A stretch of DNA of 64,000 nt from Candidatus Parcubacteria bacterium (GCA_963718875.1 OY970378.1:260396-324395); one strand, 5' to 3'. Positions 9,990 to 20,986 are shown, numbered from the stretch's first letter. Notes: generated from the sequence alone by a model not told the origin. A program made the numbers and translations.

Positions 9990-10595
9990 ATGGCAAAAAT
10001 GATGTTGGGTGCATTTGAACATGTAGGTGACGCGGACTTGGCTTTGACGGAGCTTGAGGCTTTGGGTTATAAACCCTCTCAGTTGTCGGTTATTAGTAGC
10101 AAGAAAGAGTTTAGTAGTGCGCACGGAGAAGAGACACACAGTGCGGCGAGCGGAGCTAAAGAGGGAGCAGCTACGGGGGGTGTAATTGGGGGCATAGCGG
10201 GCCTTTTGGCTGGAGTTGGGGTAATACCTGCGCTGGCCGGGCTGTTCTTTGCAGGTCCAATTGTCGCTGCGCTGGGCATAGCTGGCGTGGTTGGCAGTAC
10301 AGTAGCAGGTGCAGCTACAGGAGCCGTAGCAGGGGGTTTAATTGGAGCGCTTGTAAAAGCTGGTGTTCCTAAAGAAACGGCCGAATATTACGATCGAGTC
10401 GTGACTGAGGGGGGTGTGTTATTGGGGGTATCTGCAGACACGATGGATACAGACGTGCAGTCGGTGTTTGAAAAACATAACGCGCGCAGTATCCAGGCTA
10501 TGGACATAGCCGAATCGGATAGGTCGGAGATTGAGAGTCAACCTGTTCGCCGAGCGGAACCTGCCTTTGGGGAGCGGCTAGACGACGACGTTTAA
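9990..10595 (+). CDS. General stress protein-like membrane protein (glycine zipper)
   Basis: GAKEGAATGGVIGGIAGLLAG...GGLIGAL...AEYY...GGVLLGV pattern. Confidence 0.8.
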   Translation: MAKMMLGAFEHVGDADLALTELEALGYKPSQLSVISSKKEFSSAHGEETHSAASGAKEGAATGGVIGGIAGLLAGVGVIPALAGLFFAGPIVAALGIAGVVGSTVAGAATGAVAGGLIGALVKAGVPKETAEYYDRVVTEGGVLLGVSADTMDTDVQSVFEKHNARSIQAMDIAESDRSEIESQPVRRAEPAFGERLDDDV

Positions 10596-10750
10596 CAAAG
10601 TTTAGTGCATTAAAAAAACGAGGCTTTACGGCCTCGTTTTTTTAATTGAATCAAATTGACAGTTGTAATGTACTGCTGTATATCTAAACCACGAGTACCT
10701 ACAAGTCAAAGGAGAGCCTAACCGATAACAACCTGATATTGGGTTATGAG

Positions 10751-11368
10751 ATGTGCAGTGCTTGTGGATGGAAAAACATCTTCCAAGCTGACAATAGGGA
10801 GCTGCGTCCACTGCTCATTTCTAGCTTGAAGTGGGGTAGTTACATTTGCCCCGCTTGTCACACTGATCAAGCAACCTCACGCATGGTTCTGTCTAGTCCA
10901 GTGCCTTACAGTGCGTTGTTCGATGACGAACAGGAGGGAGTGATGACTGTCTTAGAAACATCGGGTGATAAGATGACCCGAATGACCGTTTGCCAGCATC
11001 TACGGGCCTTGGCCCACTGGTTGGCTCCTTGGGATGAGGAAACGGGGGGACTTATCGCCGTCATTAACGTATTTTACCTCGGCATTCTCTTGATAGCTCT
11101 AGCGTTCAGAAATTGGGGGCTGGTAGAGGCTATGGGGGGTCTCTTCTGGTTATGTGCCCAGTTCTACCTGATACTTTTCTGCCTGCCATTCGCGGGTTTG
11201 ATCGCCATTGGGCGGATCTTGAACGGCAAGGCAGTCTGGGGGAATTTGAGGCTGGCCTGGCGCGAAGCTGGGGAAGAGGCCCTGTTCTCCAACCTCAGGC
11301 GAGAACTTGCTCGCAGGCGCTATGAACGGCGCAGTGAGGCATGCATGAGGAGGCACATTGACCAATGA
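10751..11368 (+). CDS. Hypothetical membrane protein with N-terminal CxxC...CxxC
   Basis: CSAC and CPAC; two hydrophobic segments; upstream TTGACA near 10656; start uncertain. Confidence 0.5.
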   Translation: MCSACGWKNIFQADNRELRPLLISSLKWGSYICPACHTDQATSRMVLSSPVPYSALFDDEQEGVMTVLETSGDKMTRMTVCQHLRALAHWLAPWDEETGGLIAVINVFYLGILLIALAFRNWGLVEAMGGLFWLCAQFYLILFCLPFAGLIAIGRILNGKAVWGNLRLAWREAGEEALFSNLRRELARRRYERRSEACMRRHIDQ

Positions 11369-11668
11369 ACGGAGATGAAGGTGCCTATTAAACCCCGATG
11401 AACGCGACGACAGCAGTCCCGTTTATCGGGGTCGTCGTTTGTTATTGGAACTTTATGATGGGTTTGCCAACGTAGAGCAGAGCATGAATTAGGATGAATG
11501 ATTGTCAAACGGGCACTGTTCCAAATATGGTGGGGATTTAGCTTGGGTTTTTGACCAGGTGTACATGATTTGGTTGTTCTAGATCTGTAAAATTCTAATC
11601 TGGTGCGGTAAGGCAATACGGTAAGTTAGCTTGTAAGTTCCCATATGAGACCAATTAAGGAGTTGCCC

Positions 11669-12214
11669 ATGTTCAGTACGAGCAGAAGTACCCCGTGGAA
11701 GGCCTTCACGGCTTTCCTGATCAAGGCCAAGCTGTTCTTCTACGGAGCGGCTTGCGCCATCACTATCACCGGGTCGATCCAGAAGATGCGTACCCGTACG
11801 AGCCCCGCGAGCTCGATGCAGGTGCATGCTGAGATGCTGCGGAAGTCGTGGCTGACCCTCGTCCAGACCGAGAAGATCCCGCCGAGCAGTTTGATCTATC
11901 GCACGGCGATTTCAGCCCTGAACGCCATCGACGGGCTCGTAGCGGCGATCCCGCAACGGACGTACGACGAGGCACCATTCGCCTCGATCTCGACCCTCGA
12001 TGCCAGTCGATCCGGGCATGGCGACATCATGGTGATCGACACGACTGATCAGGCGCTGAACCTCCTCTACGAGGTGGCCGATCGACTGCCGGAGGATCAG
12101 CGCCAGACCTTCCGAGGGAGCCTGAACGCACTCGCCGAGAGCCTGCACGCAGTCAATGCGGCGTCTTCAGCCGGTGTCCACGACAGCGACCGGGTACCTG
12201 CAGCCGTCACGTAG
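11669..12214 (+). CDS. GC-rich orphan hypothetical protein (cassette-type)
   Basis: TAAGGAG SD; GC3-rich codons; hairpin plus T-tract at 12238-12280. Confidence 0.65.
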   Translation: MFSTSRSTPWKAFTAFLIKAKLFFYGAACAITITGSIQKMRTRTSPASSMQVHAEMLRKSWLTLVQTEKIPPSSLIYRTAISALNAIDGLVAAIPQRTYDEAPFASISTLDASRSGHGDIMVIDTTDQALNLLYEVADRLPEDQRQTFRGSLNALAESLHAVNAASSAGVHDSDRVPAAVT

Positions 12215-12369
12215 ATCCACCCTCTGCACCAAACCTCTGCCCCGCGCTTCGATTCAAGGAGTGCGGGGCAGTTCCCTTTTGTTACCCAATTATTATTGTG
12301 CTTATGCTTAAGTGGGTGTATGTTGAAACTAGCCAACAGGAGTTCCTACAAGTTCCGAAAGGGGGTGCC

Positions 12370-12849
12370 ATGAGCACCACAAGCATAGCAGACGTGATTT
12401 GCTCTGGATGTGGTTTCCCGAACGGTGTTTTCGATAACAACACCGTGATTGATCGCACCGTTGACCGGCCGGAGCTTGAGCACCTTCATGTGACATGCGA
12501 TTGGTGTTGCAGGTGCATACCGGTTTGGACCAACAAGCGACTGCTGTCATTAGCCGAAGAGCTCCATTTTCGTGCGGTGACGTGGTTCTTTCTTCGCCGC
12601 TGGGTACAGGAGGGCTACGAATCATTGCAGTGGGTGCATAGGCTAGGTCCAGACCAGGAAGAGGCTATTGCGGCTTCTCGGGAGGAATTGAGCCTATGCG
12701 AATCGACCCAATGGGCTTTGGACAGAATGAGAGGTGGAGAGGATTACAAGGGTTGTGATCTCCCTCCAGTTTGGGCTTGTGACTGTGGCAGTTCAGCCGG
12801 CTGTCAACCCCAACTGATCGCTGTTGGCCGCGCGCCCCTCGAGGTTTGA
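12370..12849 (+). CDS. Cys-rich orphan hypothetical protein
   Basis: CSGC, CDWC and CDCG clusters; SD-like AAGGGGG. Confidence 0.5.
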   Translation: MSTTSIADVICSGCGFPNGVFDNNTVIDRTVDRPELEHLHVTCDWCCRCIPVWTNKRLLSLAEELHFRAVTWFFLRRWVQEGYESLQWVHRLGPDQEEAIAASREELSLCESTQWALDRMRGGEDYKGCDLPPVWACDCGSSAGCQPQLIAVGRAPLEV

Positions 12850-12962
12850 GGGGCGCAAGCCTTTTAGAGGCAATTTTTTATGCAACTAACCAGCAACCAA
12901 CTGTATAATCAAAAGCGATTTATAATGATCCAAGTGACCTCTTGGCATATATGGATGACTGG

Positions 12963-14150
12963 CTAGAGTGATTTGACGGTCAGTTTTGATAGGATCCGGC
13001 GGCCTAGCAATAAGTAGAGTAGGGCTACAATTGTTATGATAATTCCGAACGTTCTAAATGCCACGATATTACCAGCGCGCTGGGCGATTAGGCCATATAG
13101 GAAGTAGGTCGCAACGGCTGTAATTTCTAACGCAAATCCGCTGACGGAGCTAATGGTAGCTCTTAAGCCGCCAGTAATTGTATGCTGGAGCCTTGCTTCG
13201 AAAACTACGCCCAACAACGTTATCAAAAATGTATAGGTTACCACCAAAGCAATAGTCCCCATATTTCCTATAAGCCCAACGCCGGTGAGGGCAAGCCCAG
13301 ATAGCGCTAACAGCTTCATAATGGCCATGGTAGAAAGTTTTGCAAAACGATGAGCGATTAAGCTTGCAAGGGCGGCGATCGCAACCGTGGCGGCAACCGC
13401 TAAAGATATAACGGGAAGATTAAAGCCGGTGTTCTCCATGAGCAACGGGACGTATTCCTCAAGCGAGCCGTAAACTCCCCCTATAAATCCACCCAGCAAA
13501 ATAATAGCTAACAGGGCCTTATTGCGGATAGATTGACTAATGCCGCTTTTGAGCATAGAAAAATAACGTTTATCGGCAACTTGCTCGAAGCGAGCAGTTT
13601 CTGGAAGACTATAAATAAGTAGGGCGGATGCCAATGCGACTCCAACGCTTGCACCAAAAACAAAGCCATAACTTAGCATTATGGCAACGCTTGCCAGGAC
13701 GGTGGCTGCAAGATCACCAATTAATGACCAACTGCGGGCTTGGCCAATGACTTTTGTGTATTGATTTTGTTGGTCGGCCGTTCGAAGTTCGTCATAAACC
13801 AGCGCCTCAAAAGTGCCATCTTCAAGCGTTCCTCCAATGCCCCACAGTATAAAGCCTAGCGCAAATCCGCCATATGTGGGTAGTATAGCCCAGGATACGA
13901 AACCAGCGCCTTTTAACAACTGGCCTATACTCAAAAGTGTTTTTCTAGAATACCTATCGGCTAATACGCCCGTAGGAATATTAATGACAAGGTCAGTGAC
14001 GGACCAAAGTATTAATAATGATGAAATTTGTAAGGCGTCTAGGCCGTTACCTGCCATAAAAATGCTGTAAAAAGGGTATATCAGGATAAAGTCGTCCAAA
14101 AAACGATAGGCGTAGATTTTGCGTAAAGTGTTTTTAAGGCTTACTGGCAT
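12963..14150 (-). CDS. MFS transporter
   Basis: About 12 TMs; PTGVLADRYSRK motif A. Confidence 0.9.
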   Translation of the reverse strand: MPVSLKNTLRKIYAYRFLDDFILIYPFYSIFMAGNGLDALQISSLLILWSVTDLVINIPTGVLADRYSRKTLLSIGQLLKGAGFVSWAILPTYGGFALGFILWGIGGTLEDGTFEALVYDELRTADQQNQYTKVIGQARSWSLIGDLAATVLASVAIMLSYGFVFGASVGVALASALLIYSLPETARFEQVADKRYFSMLKSGISQSIRNKALLAIILLGGFIGGVYGSLEEYVPLLMENTGFNLPVISLAVAATVAIAALASLIAHRFAKLSTMAIMKLLALSGLALTGVGLIGNMGTIALVVTYTFLITLLGVVFEARLQHTITGGLRATISSVSGFALEITAVATYFLYGLIAQRAGNIVAFRTFGIIITIVALLYLLLGRRILSKLTVKSL

Positions 14151-14208
14151 GGGATAACTATAACAAACTATGAGTTAGACGGGCACTAGGTGTGTTAATG
14201 TAGCAGTA

Positions 14209-15114
14209 ATGGCAAGCAAACTTGATTACACCAGCATAAATCTGCTTTTCAACCCGGTAAGTACCGGTGATGCGGTAGGGCGTGCTGAAAAATTGTACAA
14301 GCAGCTAAAGGGGGTTATTAACAATATTCCGATCCGGCGCGTGGAGACAAAATATGCAGGACATGATGAAAAGTTAGCCTATAAGCTAGCGTGTGAAACC
14401 CGCAGGCCTTTAATTGTTTCGGTGAGTGGTGATGGTGGTTTTAATAATGTTATTAATGGTGCGGTTCGATCTGCAGATGTTAATAACACCATGCCAATTT
14501 GTGCTGTTCACGGGGCTGGGAATGCTAACGACAATCGGCGGACGCTGAAAGAGCTGCCGATGTTTGAAGCCATCATGTCTCAAAACAGTCGGGATGTTGA
14601 TTTGTTGCGCATAGAATTCACCTTAAAATCGGGTAAAACAGTGGCGCGGTATGCCCATTCTTATGCTGGACTGGGATTAACTCCGGAAGTTGCTGTGGAG
14701 TTGAACAAACAGGCGTTGACGCCATGGCGAGAACTTTTGCTGACAATTCAAACTTTTGCGGCATTTGAGCCATTTGTTATTGAGTTGCCGGATGGGAGTA
14801 AGCCAGAGTATGATAGCTTGCTGTTTGGCAATATTGATCAAATGGCCAAAGTTGTGACCTTGAGTAAGAATAGTACTCCCGATGATGGGAAGTTTGAGCT
14901 GATTGCAACGCCTCATGTCAGCAAGGTGCGCTTATTGGGCGTAGCGGCAAAAGCCGCCGTTGTAGGGTTTGATAAACAAACGAGCATTAATGAATTCGAA
15001 TTTAAGGTGGTTAAAGCATTGCCGATGCAGCTGGACGGTGAGGTGGTGCGGCTTAAGGCCGGTAATAATGTTCGTGTTGCGATATCTCCTCGTAAATTAA
15101 GGATGCTTGTATAG
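14209..15114 (+). CDS. Diacylglycerol kinase-family protein
   Basis: FNPVS, SGDGG, AGNAND and MQLDGE motifs. Confidence 0.88.
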   Translation: MASKLDYTSINLLFNPVSTGDAVGRAEKLYKQLKGVINNIPIRRVETKYAGHDEKLAYKLACETRRPLIVSVSGDGGFNNVINGAVRSADVNNTMPICAVHGAGNANDNRRTLKELPMFEAIMSQNSRDVDLLRIEFTLKSGKTVARYAHSYAGLGLTPEVAVELNKQALTPWRELLLTIQTFAAFEPFVIELPDGSKPEYDSLLFGNIDQMAKVVTLSKNSTPDDGKFELIATPHVSKVRLLGVAAKAAVVGFDKQTSINEFEFKVVKALPMQLDGEVVRLKAGNNVRVAISPRKLRMLV

Positions 15115-15702
15115 GTCTTTGCTGGGGTTGGTTATGGTAAATGTCACGACTATTATCCAGACATGGAAGCCAATTGCAGGTAAGGCTTCGCCAATAGGAG
15201 CTATGCCTTTGGTAAATGAAAATACGGCTATCCCAAGTACAAATGCGCAAACTTCTAGCCTTAACAAATTTCCATAAACTTTTGCTCGTGGGGCACGTCG
15301 TTGGGAAGCATAAAACTGCTGTATTACGAATGGGAGCGAAAATGCTAGTGCGTAAGCAGCTAGGGTGTGGGTGAATTTATAGTTTCCGCCATAAGGAATA
15401 ATGGCGGCGATGGCTTGGCCGATTTGACCAAAAACAAGAAAATAAATGAACAGATTACTGATTCTGAGGGTATTTCTCAAATAAAAACCGAAACAGGTAA
15501 AGAGTATGGCGCTTGTTAATAAACTGGTCGTAAAGAGTAGTGAGGTTCTGGGGTTGATACCCAGATAACTTATGGGGCGGGGGTCGATAAGCCGGAGGCC
15601 AGCTTGGTTCATGCCGAAGGCGATGCCCAACCAGATTACTGCTACACCCGCAAGGCCGGTATATTTTTGAAGTTTTCGCAAATTTTTGTTGATTGAGTTC
15701 AT
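15097..15702 (-). CDS. DUF998-like membrane protein
   Basis: PISYLG after TM1, HTLAA, multiple TMs; start moved to ATG 15702 to avoid overlap. Confidence 0.6.
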   Translation of the reverse strand: MNSINKNLRKLQKYTGLAGVAVIWLGIAFGMNQAGLRLIDPRPISYLGINPRTSLLFTTSLLTSAILFTCFGFYLRNTLRISNLFIYFLVFGQIGQAIAAIIPYGGNYKFTHTLAAYALAFSLPFVIQQFYASQRRAPRAKVYGNLLRLEVCAFVLGIAVFSFTKGIAPIGEALPAIGFHVWIIVVTFTITNPSKDLYKHP

Positions 15703-15738
15703 ACTTATCTCAAGCATAGCATCTGCTATAGTAAATTC

Positions 15739-16881
15739 ATGCCAGAACGTTTTGAGCTGAATCCTGAGCCAGCCTTGAGAGGCGTTGAAACTAGCCCCGA
15801 CCAAGAGTTTTGGCAAGGGACTGCAATTAGTGAAAAAATTGCTCGACAGAGAGAGCGTGGATACGCACAAATTCGAGCGTTAATTACCGACCGTGATGGC
15901 ACACATTCGATGTGGGGTTATGGTTTTCGAGGAAGACCAGAGGAATTGGCGGAATATGATGAGGCTACTGCAAAGTTAAACGCTTACATTAAAGAAAGAG
16001 ACATACTGCTCATTATGAATACAGGTGGCAGCATTGAAATGATGGAATCGGCGTTAGCTGATGGTAGCGTTCCGGCAGATGCCGCCATTTCAGCCAGTGG
16101 GAGTGAATTTCACATAGTAAAAGATGGCCACTATGTGCTGTGGCCAGAGTATCAAACATATATTGAAAACGTAGTAGGGTTTAAGCGAGAAAATGTTTAC
16201 CCTGTATGTGCCGATTTTCTTGCACGAGTCGAGTCAGATGTATCTGATCCTGCAGCTCCGGTTGCGGATGTGGGTTTAGTATTTCAACCTCGAGACAGTC
16301 AAGAAAATGTTTTAAACTGGAGCTTGTATAATAACTCTCCATCGGAAAGTAGCGAGCCGCCAGAGTTTGAGGCTCCACAAAAAAATAAAATTTCATTTTA
16401 TTGCACTGGGGGCCCAGATGCTGCAGCCTGGGCTACTCGTGAGCTACAGAGAGCATTAACCGATCGCGGCATGGGTCATTTTAAGGTGGTGTTAACGGCT
16501 GACTCATACGAAGAAGGCCGTTTTTTAATTGACGTTATACCGCTTGGTAAACAAGAAGCAGCTGACATTGTTATAAACCTTTTGTCGAAGCAGTTTGGAC
16601 CTGTATTAGCGGCAGTGGCTGGTGATGCCCAGAATGATGCCGAAGTTATATTGAATAGTGGTACGGCGGCAATTGCCGTAGGCAACAGGGTGCCTGATTT
16701 AGAGCAAATTATTCAAGACCAGCCAACTACTCGTGAAACCAGGAATTTTAAAATTGTAGAGAATGAGCAAGGCGTGAAACGCTTAATTTATAAAGGGGAT
16801 AGCTCACAAACGGTAGGGGCGTCCTTGCTAAGAGGTATCCGTGCTCTGGAACGGGCGGATAGATTAATCAAAAACCGATGA
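15739..16881 (+). CDS. HAD-superfamily IIB hydrolase (sucrose-phosphatase-like)
   Basis: ITDRDGT (DxD), NTG, GKQEA and AGDAQND motifs. Confidence 0.8.
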   Translation: MPERFELNPEPALRGVETSPDQEFWQGTAISEKIARQRERGYAQIRALITDRDGTHSMWGYGFRGRPEELAEYDEATAKLNAYIKERDILLIMNTGGSIEMMESALADGSVPADAAISASGSEFHIVKDGHYVLWPEYQTYIENVVGFKRENVYPVCADFLARVESDVSDPAAPVADVGLVFQPRDSQENVLNWSLYNNSPSESSEPPEFEAPQKNKISFYCTGGPDAAAWATRELQRALTDRGMGHFKVVLTADSYEEGRFLIDVIPLGKQEAADIVINLLSKQFGPVLAAVAGDAQNDAEVILNSGTAAIAVGNRVPDLEQIIQDQPTTRETRNFKIVENEQGVKRLIYKGDSSQTVGASLLRGIRALERADRLIKNR

Positions 16882-17505
16882 GCGGTGTTTTAGCACATAC
16901 GCCCCAAAAGCAATCATCCAAATAGTTTGTGGATAGGCTGTTAGTCGTTCCATGCCGCCAACACCGAGCCCTAGATAGTTCTCGGTAATAAGTAGCATTA
17001 GTGCAGCTAATCCAATGACGCCGGAAAGCAGTGTATATAAGCGCCAGTTTTTGGGTAGCGACGTGAATGTATGCCCAAGCACTATCATGCCAAGGTTACC
17101 AAAAACAAATGGTAGCGCGGCTCCAATAATGTGAAGTGTGGAAATGGTGTTTTCAGGGTATAGACCCACTAGTAAGGTACCTAACCCGGCTAGTAATAGA
17201 CACGTAAAGCCAATAATTTTACCTGTACCAGGTTTAGATTGCCAATTCATTAGTAGGGTACCCAAAATCATGGTAATGCCAAGTGTAGCGAAGGATAAAT
17301 TCATGAGGTTGTGCCCGGGTGAGCAAATAATGTTTTTCAAACAAGTGCCCGAGCTTGTGTTGCCCAATGCGCTAATGGTGTTTTGACTTAGACTATACGT
17401 GGTGGTCCACATAGAGGCGACAATAACTTGGATAATAAAATACTGGATGCTGGAAATCCACAATAAAGCGCCAATTTGACTAGAGTGGTAGCGAGCTAAT
17501 GCCAT
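16864..17505 (-). CDS. DUF998 membrane protein
   Basis: YSLSQNTISALG, VGLYPEN, LHIIGA and GGMERLTAYP motifs. Confidence 0.8.
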   Translation of the reverse strand: MALARYHSSQIGALLWISSIQYFIIQVIVASMWTTTYSLSQNTISALGNTSSGTCLKNIICSPGHNLMNLSFATLGITMILGTLLMNWQSKPGTGKIIGFTCLLLAGLGTLLVGLYPENTISTLHIIGAALPFVFGNLGMIVLGHTFTSLPKNWRLYTLLSGVIGLAALMLLITENYLGLGVGGMERLTAYPQTIWMIAFGAYVLKHRSSVFD

Positions 17506-17605
17506 GAGCTTACGTTAGCACAAAAACGTAAGCAATAGCTGCGGTAATTACGCATGATAAAACTCATGGTTACTTTAGCGGGCTTAGTTGTGCTATAAAT
17601 AACAC

Positions 17606-18121
17606 ATGAACCAACTAGCTGAACGGCACAAAGAAAAGCTAAGGCATAAGAAGCGCGTAATTCAAAGTTATCGGGCAAAAGCTGATGCTAGGCGGACGCC
17701 GGCTGATAAGGTAGCAGACTTTTTAACAGTTCGATTGGGTTCCGTAGTATTTTTATTTTTGAACGTCGTTTGGTTTTTGGTTTGGATAACCATTAACACA
17801 GGCCTCGTAAGCGGAATTAAGCCGTTTGACCCTTTTCCGTTTGGGCTACTTACCATGACGGTTTCGCTGGAGGCGATTTTTTTAGCTATTATTGTTTTGA
17901 TTTCACAAAATCGGGCTGCCAAGGTGGCTGAAATTCGTGAAGAGATTGATTTGCAGATAACCACCATTAGTGAAAGCGAAGTAACCCAAGCCATTTATAT
18001 GCTGACTATACTGCTCAACAAAAATGGTATAGACATTGAAAACGATCCAAAACTCGCGGATATGTTGAAGCCTTTAAAAAGTGAAGAGCTAGAAAAGACC
18101 ATTGAAGAACAAATAAGTTAA
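17606..18121 (+). CDS. DUF1003 membrane protein
   Basis: FDPFPFGLLT..VSLEAIFL..IVLISQNR. Confidence 0.88.
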   Translation: MNQLAERHKEKLRHKKRVIQSYRAKADARRTPADKVADFLTVRLGSVVFLFLNVVWFLVWITINTGLVSGIKPFDPFPFGLLTMTVSLEAIFLAIIVLISQNRAAKVAEIREEIDLQITTISESEVTQAIYMLTILLNKNGIDIENDPKLADMLKPLKSEELEKTIEEQIS

Positions 18122-18401
18122 AGGGTGTGCTCTTTTAGACCACTGTTGATCGATTGAGTATCATTGGTAGGTATGACTCGAACATTTTGAAAAGCTAGAG
18201 CTGTAAGGCTATTTTTGCTGTCCTCGAGACTGGCTTTTAAGGTGACCATAAGGTAAATAGTTTGACTTTTGGCCGTCTGCTCAGCCGACGTTGCGACCTG
18301 TTAAAAAATAGGGTTCTAGCGCATTTGAAGGTGGTTTCAAAGCCTTATAAAAAGTGAAGTCTCGTTGGGCTGTGAGATCAACCACTACCTCGTCCAGGTG
18401 T

Positions 18402-19142
18402 CTAAGTGATCTTGTTAAGGCGAAGTAAGCGTACCACTTCTGAAACTAAAGGTTCTCTGGCGCTTTTTGAAAAGTCGTGATCGGCATTCTTGATAGAGCT
18501 GTATGGGATGCTTTTTATAGGAGCTTGCTTTCCTAGCACGTTGTCTGCGTCTGCTAAAACCACATTAACTTGGTTACTTTTAGATAATTCAAGGTACAGT
18601 TCCTCGGGCTTTGTGGCTTTAAAATCACACCAGTAGTCGGGTCCGACTGTGGTGATAGAACCATCAGAGCGCTGCAAGATAGATTCACCGTCTATTTTCA
18701 AAACTGATCCAGGTCGTGACCATCCCGGAGTGGATGCAAATTTGACAGCGGCTGGAGAGGTGATTGGAGGAGCAAGTAGAATAACTTGACTGCTGGTTGG
18801 ACTAGTTTTAGCCACGACGATACAGCCTTGAGAGTGACCTATATATACGAGCTTGGTGATGCCGAAATTTTGCCGGACGTAGTCAACAACCTTGTTTAAC
18901 CGGTTCGCTTGAGCTGAAAACGGGAGGGCTGCCGTCACATCGTCTGTAATTACTGAAAAATCTCCTCTTACCGATAATGTTGAACTACAAATTTGGTTCT
19001 CAATGGCGGTAAACAACCCGCGCGAGTCTCGTTTTACGCCAAATCCATGTACGAATATAATGCCCGTGGTTGCATTGTTACTACCAGTTATCTCGACGTC
19101 AAAAGGCTGATTATCTCCTAGTGTTACAATTTTCGTTGTCAT
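18402..19142 (-). CDS. Alpha/beta hydrolase
   Basis: FVHGFG, GHSQG nucleophile elbow, ADHDF. Confidence 0.82.
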   Translation of the reverse strand: MTTKIVTLGDNQPFDVEITGSNNATTGIIFVHGFGVKRDSRGLFTAIENQICSSTLSVRGDFSVITDDVTAALPFSAQANRLNKVVDYVRQNFGITKLVYIGHSQGCIVVAKTSPTSSQVILLAPPITSPAAVKFASTPGWSRPGSVLKIDGESILQRSDGSITTVGPDYWCDFKATKPEELYLELSKSNQVNVVLADADNVLGKQAPIKSIPYSSIKNADHDFSKSAREPLVSEVVRLLRLNKIT

Positions 19143-19195
19143 ACAAACATGATGAGTTAATTTATAGGGTTCTGCAAACTACTCAAGGATTTATG

Positions 19196-19254
19196 AACGA
19201 AAAAGGCCCACGGGGTTGGACCGAAATGGTCTTTTCCGTGGGCTGTTAGCCCAT
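19196..19254 (-). repeat. Shared 3' hairpin/terminator module H
   Basis: AACGAAAAAGGCCCACGGGGTTGGACCGAAATGGTCT..TCCGTGGGCTGTT, near-identical to 41281-41338. Confidence 0.85.
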
Positions 19255-19266
19255 CTGATCGATGGG

Positions 19267-19719
19267 CTAGATGGGCTCCTGGTGGCGCTGAAGGGCGCCG
19301 GCCCACTCCTGCGGTTGGGGTTGGGTGTTGTCGTGGGACCAACTGTCCTGGGCGTGGATGGCCATGATGGCGAGGATGCTGATCACGAGGCCGGTGTTGA
19401 AGGCCACGAAGTTGGGGAGGACGAAGCGGGAGCCGAAGATAGACGAGATGAGCGGAACGAAGGTGAATCCGATCCCGATACCGATGCCCCCGTACTCGGC
19501 GAGCTCACCGGTGAAGTCCTTGATGCCCTGCGAGACGAAGACGGCCGCTACGCCGAAGGCGATGCCGATGGTGGCAAGCAGCCAGGTGGAGGCCACCAAT
19601 GAGAAGTACTGCCACGGTTTGCCGGTGTGGCCGACGTTGGAGCTAAGCACCACCACGAGGGCGAGTATGACGAGCGACAGGCCGGTCATGCAGACGGCGC
19701 GGATTTGCCTGATGGTCAA
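19267..19719 (-). CDS. GC-rich orphan 4-TM membrane protein (cassette-type)
   Basis: AGGAGG SD before TTG; TTGACT-17-TACTAT promoter about 19783-19811. Confidence 0.7.
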   Translation of the reverse strand: MTIRQIRAVCMTGLSLVILALVVVLSSNVGHTGKPWQYFSLVASTWLLATIGIAFGVAAVFVSQGIKDFTGELAEYGGIGIGIGFTFVPLISSIFGSRFVLPNFVAFNTGLVISILAIMAIHAQDSWSHDNTQPQPQEWAGALQRHQEPI

Positions 19720-19876
19720 GGAGACCTCCTGAAGAACATTCTCTGGTTTGGGTTAGGGCCAGAGAGATACCCTATACTTCTTATAGTATCATAGAAATGC
19801 GTTTAAGTCAAGCGTAGTTGCCGTAATTGGTTTTCTTTTGCGGCAGGTTTTTTTGGTTGCTGTTATAATTTTGGGC

Positions 19877-20422
19877 ATGAGTGAAATTCCGGAAGACCCA
19901 GAGCGGAGACTTAGAATTGAAAGGAAATTAGCAGAGATAAGCTCTACGCCTGTAAGTGCAAAGTGGTCACAAGACTACGGAGATAAAGTTGATTTAACGC
20001 TGCCGTATCGGTGTAGCTTTTCAGGTGTTATTTCTGAAGCAAGCCAATCTAAAATGACAGGCGTATATTTAACTGTTCCTGAGGAACTCCGGGGTAACCA
20101 GATAGGAGAAAGGCTGACGCGGGCGCTCGCGGTGGTGGCTATTCAGTGCGGTTTGCCAATATTGAGGGCAGATTTGGAGTCACATTATGCATTGAATAGT
20201 TGGCGGAGGGCTTTTGGAGACGAGCGTCTAAGTTTTTATCATGATAACTCCAGCGAGCATACGGGACTTCTCCCTATGTCGGCGGATGAAGCTGTGCAGT
20301 CGTTGGAGCGAGCTTATTTGCTGGAGTCAGGGAATGAGGAGGGGGATATTAGCATAGATGTAGAGGTTGATTTAACCGGTTTGGATGTGTCTGAGTGGGA
20401 AATACCCCTAACGGTTAGTTAA
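19877..20422 (+). CDS. GNAT-like acetyltransferase
   Basis: LTVPEELRGNQIGERL acetyl-CoA motif A. Confidence 0.65.
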   Translation: MSEIPEDPERRLRIERKLAEISSTPVSAKWSQDYGDKVDLTLPYRCSFSGVISEASQSKMTGVYLTVPEELRGNQIGERLTRALAVVAIQCGLPILRADLESHYALNSWRRAFGDERLSFYHDNSSEHTGLLPMSADEAVQSLERAYLLESGNEEGDISIDVEVDLTGLDVSEWEIPLTVS

Positions 20423-20436
20423 GTGATGCTGGTTGC

Positions 20437-20949
20437 TTATATAAGTAGCATAATCAAGGCCATTACGCCCATTCCAACATTTTCAACTAGGCTGACTGTA
20501 CTGAGTGGTAGCTTGATTACATTGCCAAGGCAGGCGCAGTGGATGCCTGTCCGCTTGATAATTTCTTGAGCTACGCCTATTGAGCTGACGGACATTATTA
20601 TTAGCGTAACAATATCTCTAAGTGCCGGAGCGAGGTCAAAAAGGTACAGTATCGCTAAGCAGAGCTCAATAAAGGGGTAGGCTTGGCCATAAGCCTTGAT
20701 TCGCTTGGCGACTATGTCATATCCGGCAAACATTTGGGTAAACATGTTGTAGCCAATGAGTTTAAAGATGGCAAAAACTAAAAAGAAGACGCCCATAAAC
20801 CAGCGCAACCAACCGCTTAGTGTGTTTGGGCCATAAATACTAACGAGTAACCAGGTGGCTAGGGTGATTCCAGCTAGGATTAAGAGAAATTTGATGATTT
20901 CCCTTGGCGAGTGCTCGCTTTCAGCCATGTTTTGGTGGGTGTGATCCAT
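20437..20949 (-). CDS. MauE/DoxX-like membrane protein
   Basis: FMGVFFLVFAIFKL, YPFIEL and CACLG motifs. Confidence 0.8.
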   Translation of the reverse strand: MDHTHQNMAESEHSPREIIKFLLILAGITLATWLLVSIYGPNTLSGWLRWFMGVFFLVFAIFKLIGYNMFTQMFAGYDIVAKRIKAYGQAYPFIELCLAILYLFDLAPALRDIVTLIIMSVSSIGVAQEIIKRTGIHCACLGNVIKLPLSTVSLVENVGMGVMALIMLLI

Positions 20950-20986
20950 ATTTATATGTTATCAGAATCGTCAACATGGCTTGATA

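Noticed and set aside
19216-19732. Antisense or alternate-frame ORFs over GC-rich genes (e.g. 19216, 19325, 34103, 38570, 41380, 43440, 46927, 47843, 50628)
   Set aside because: They lack an SD or promoter and overlap better-supported ORFs; expected in GC-rich DNA.
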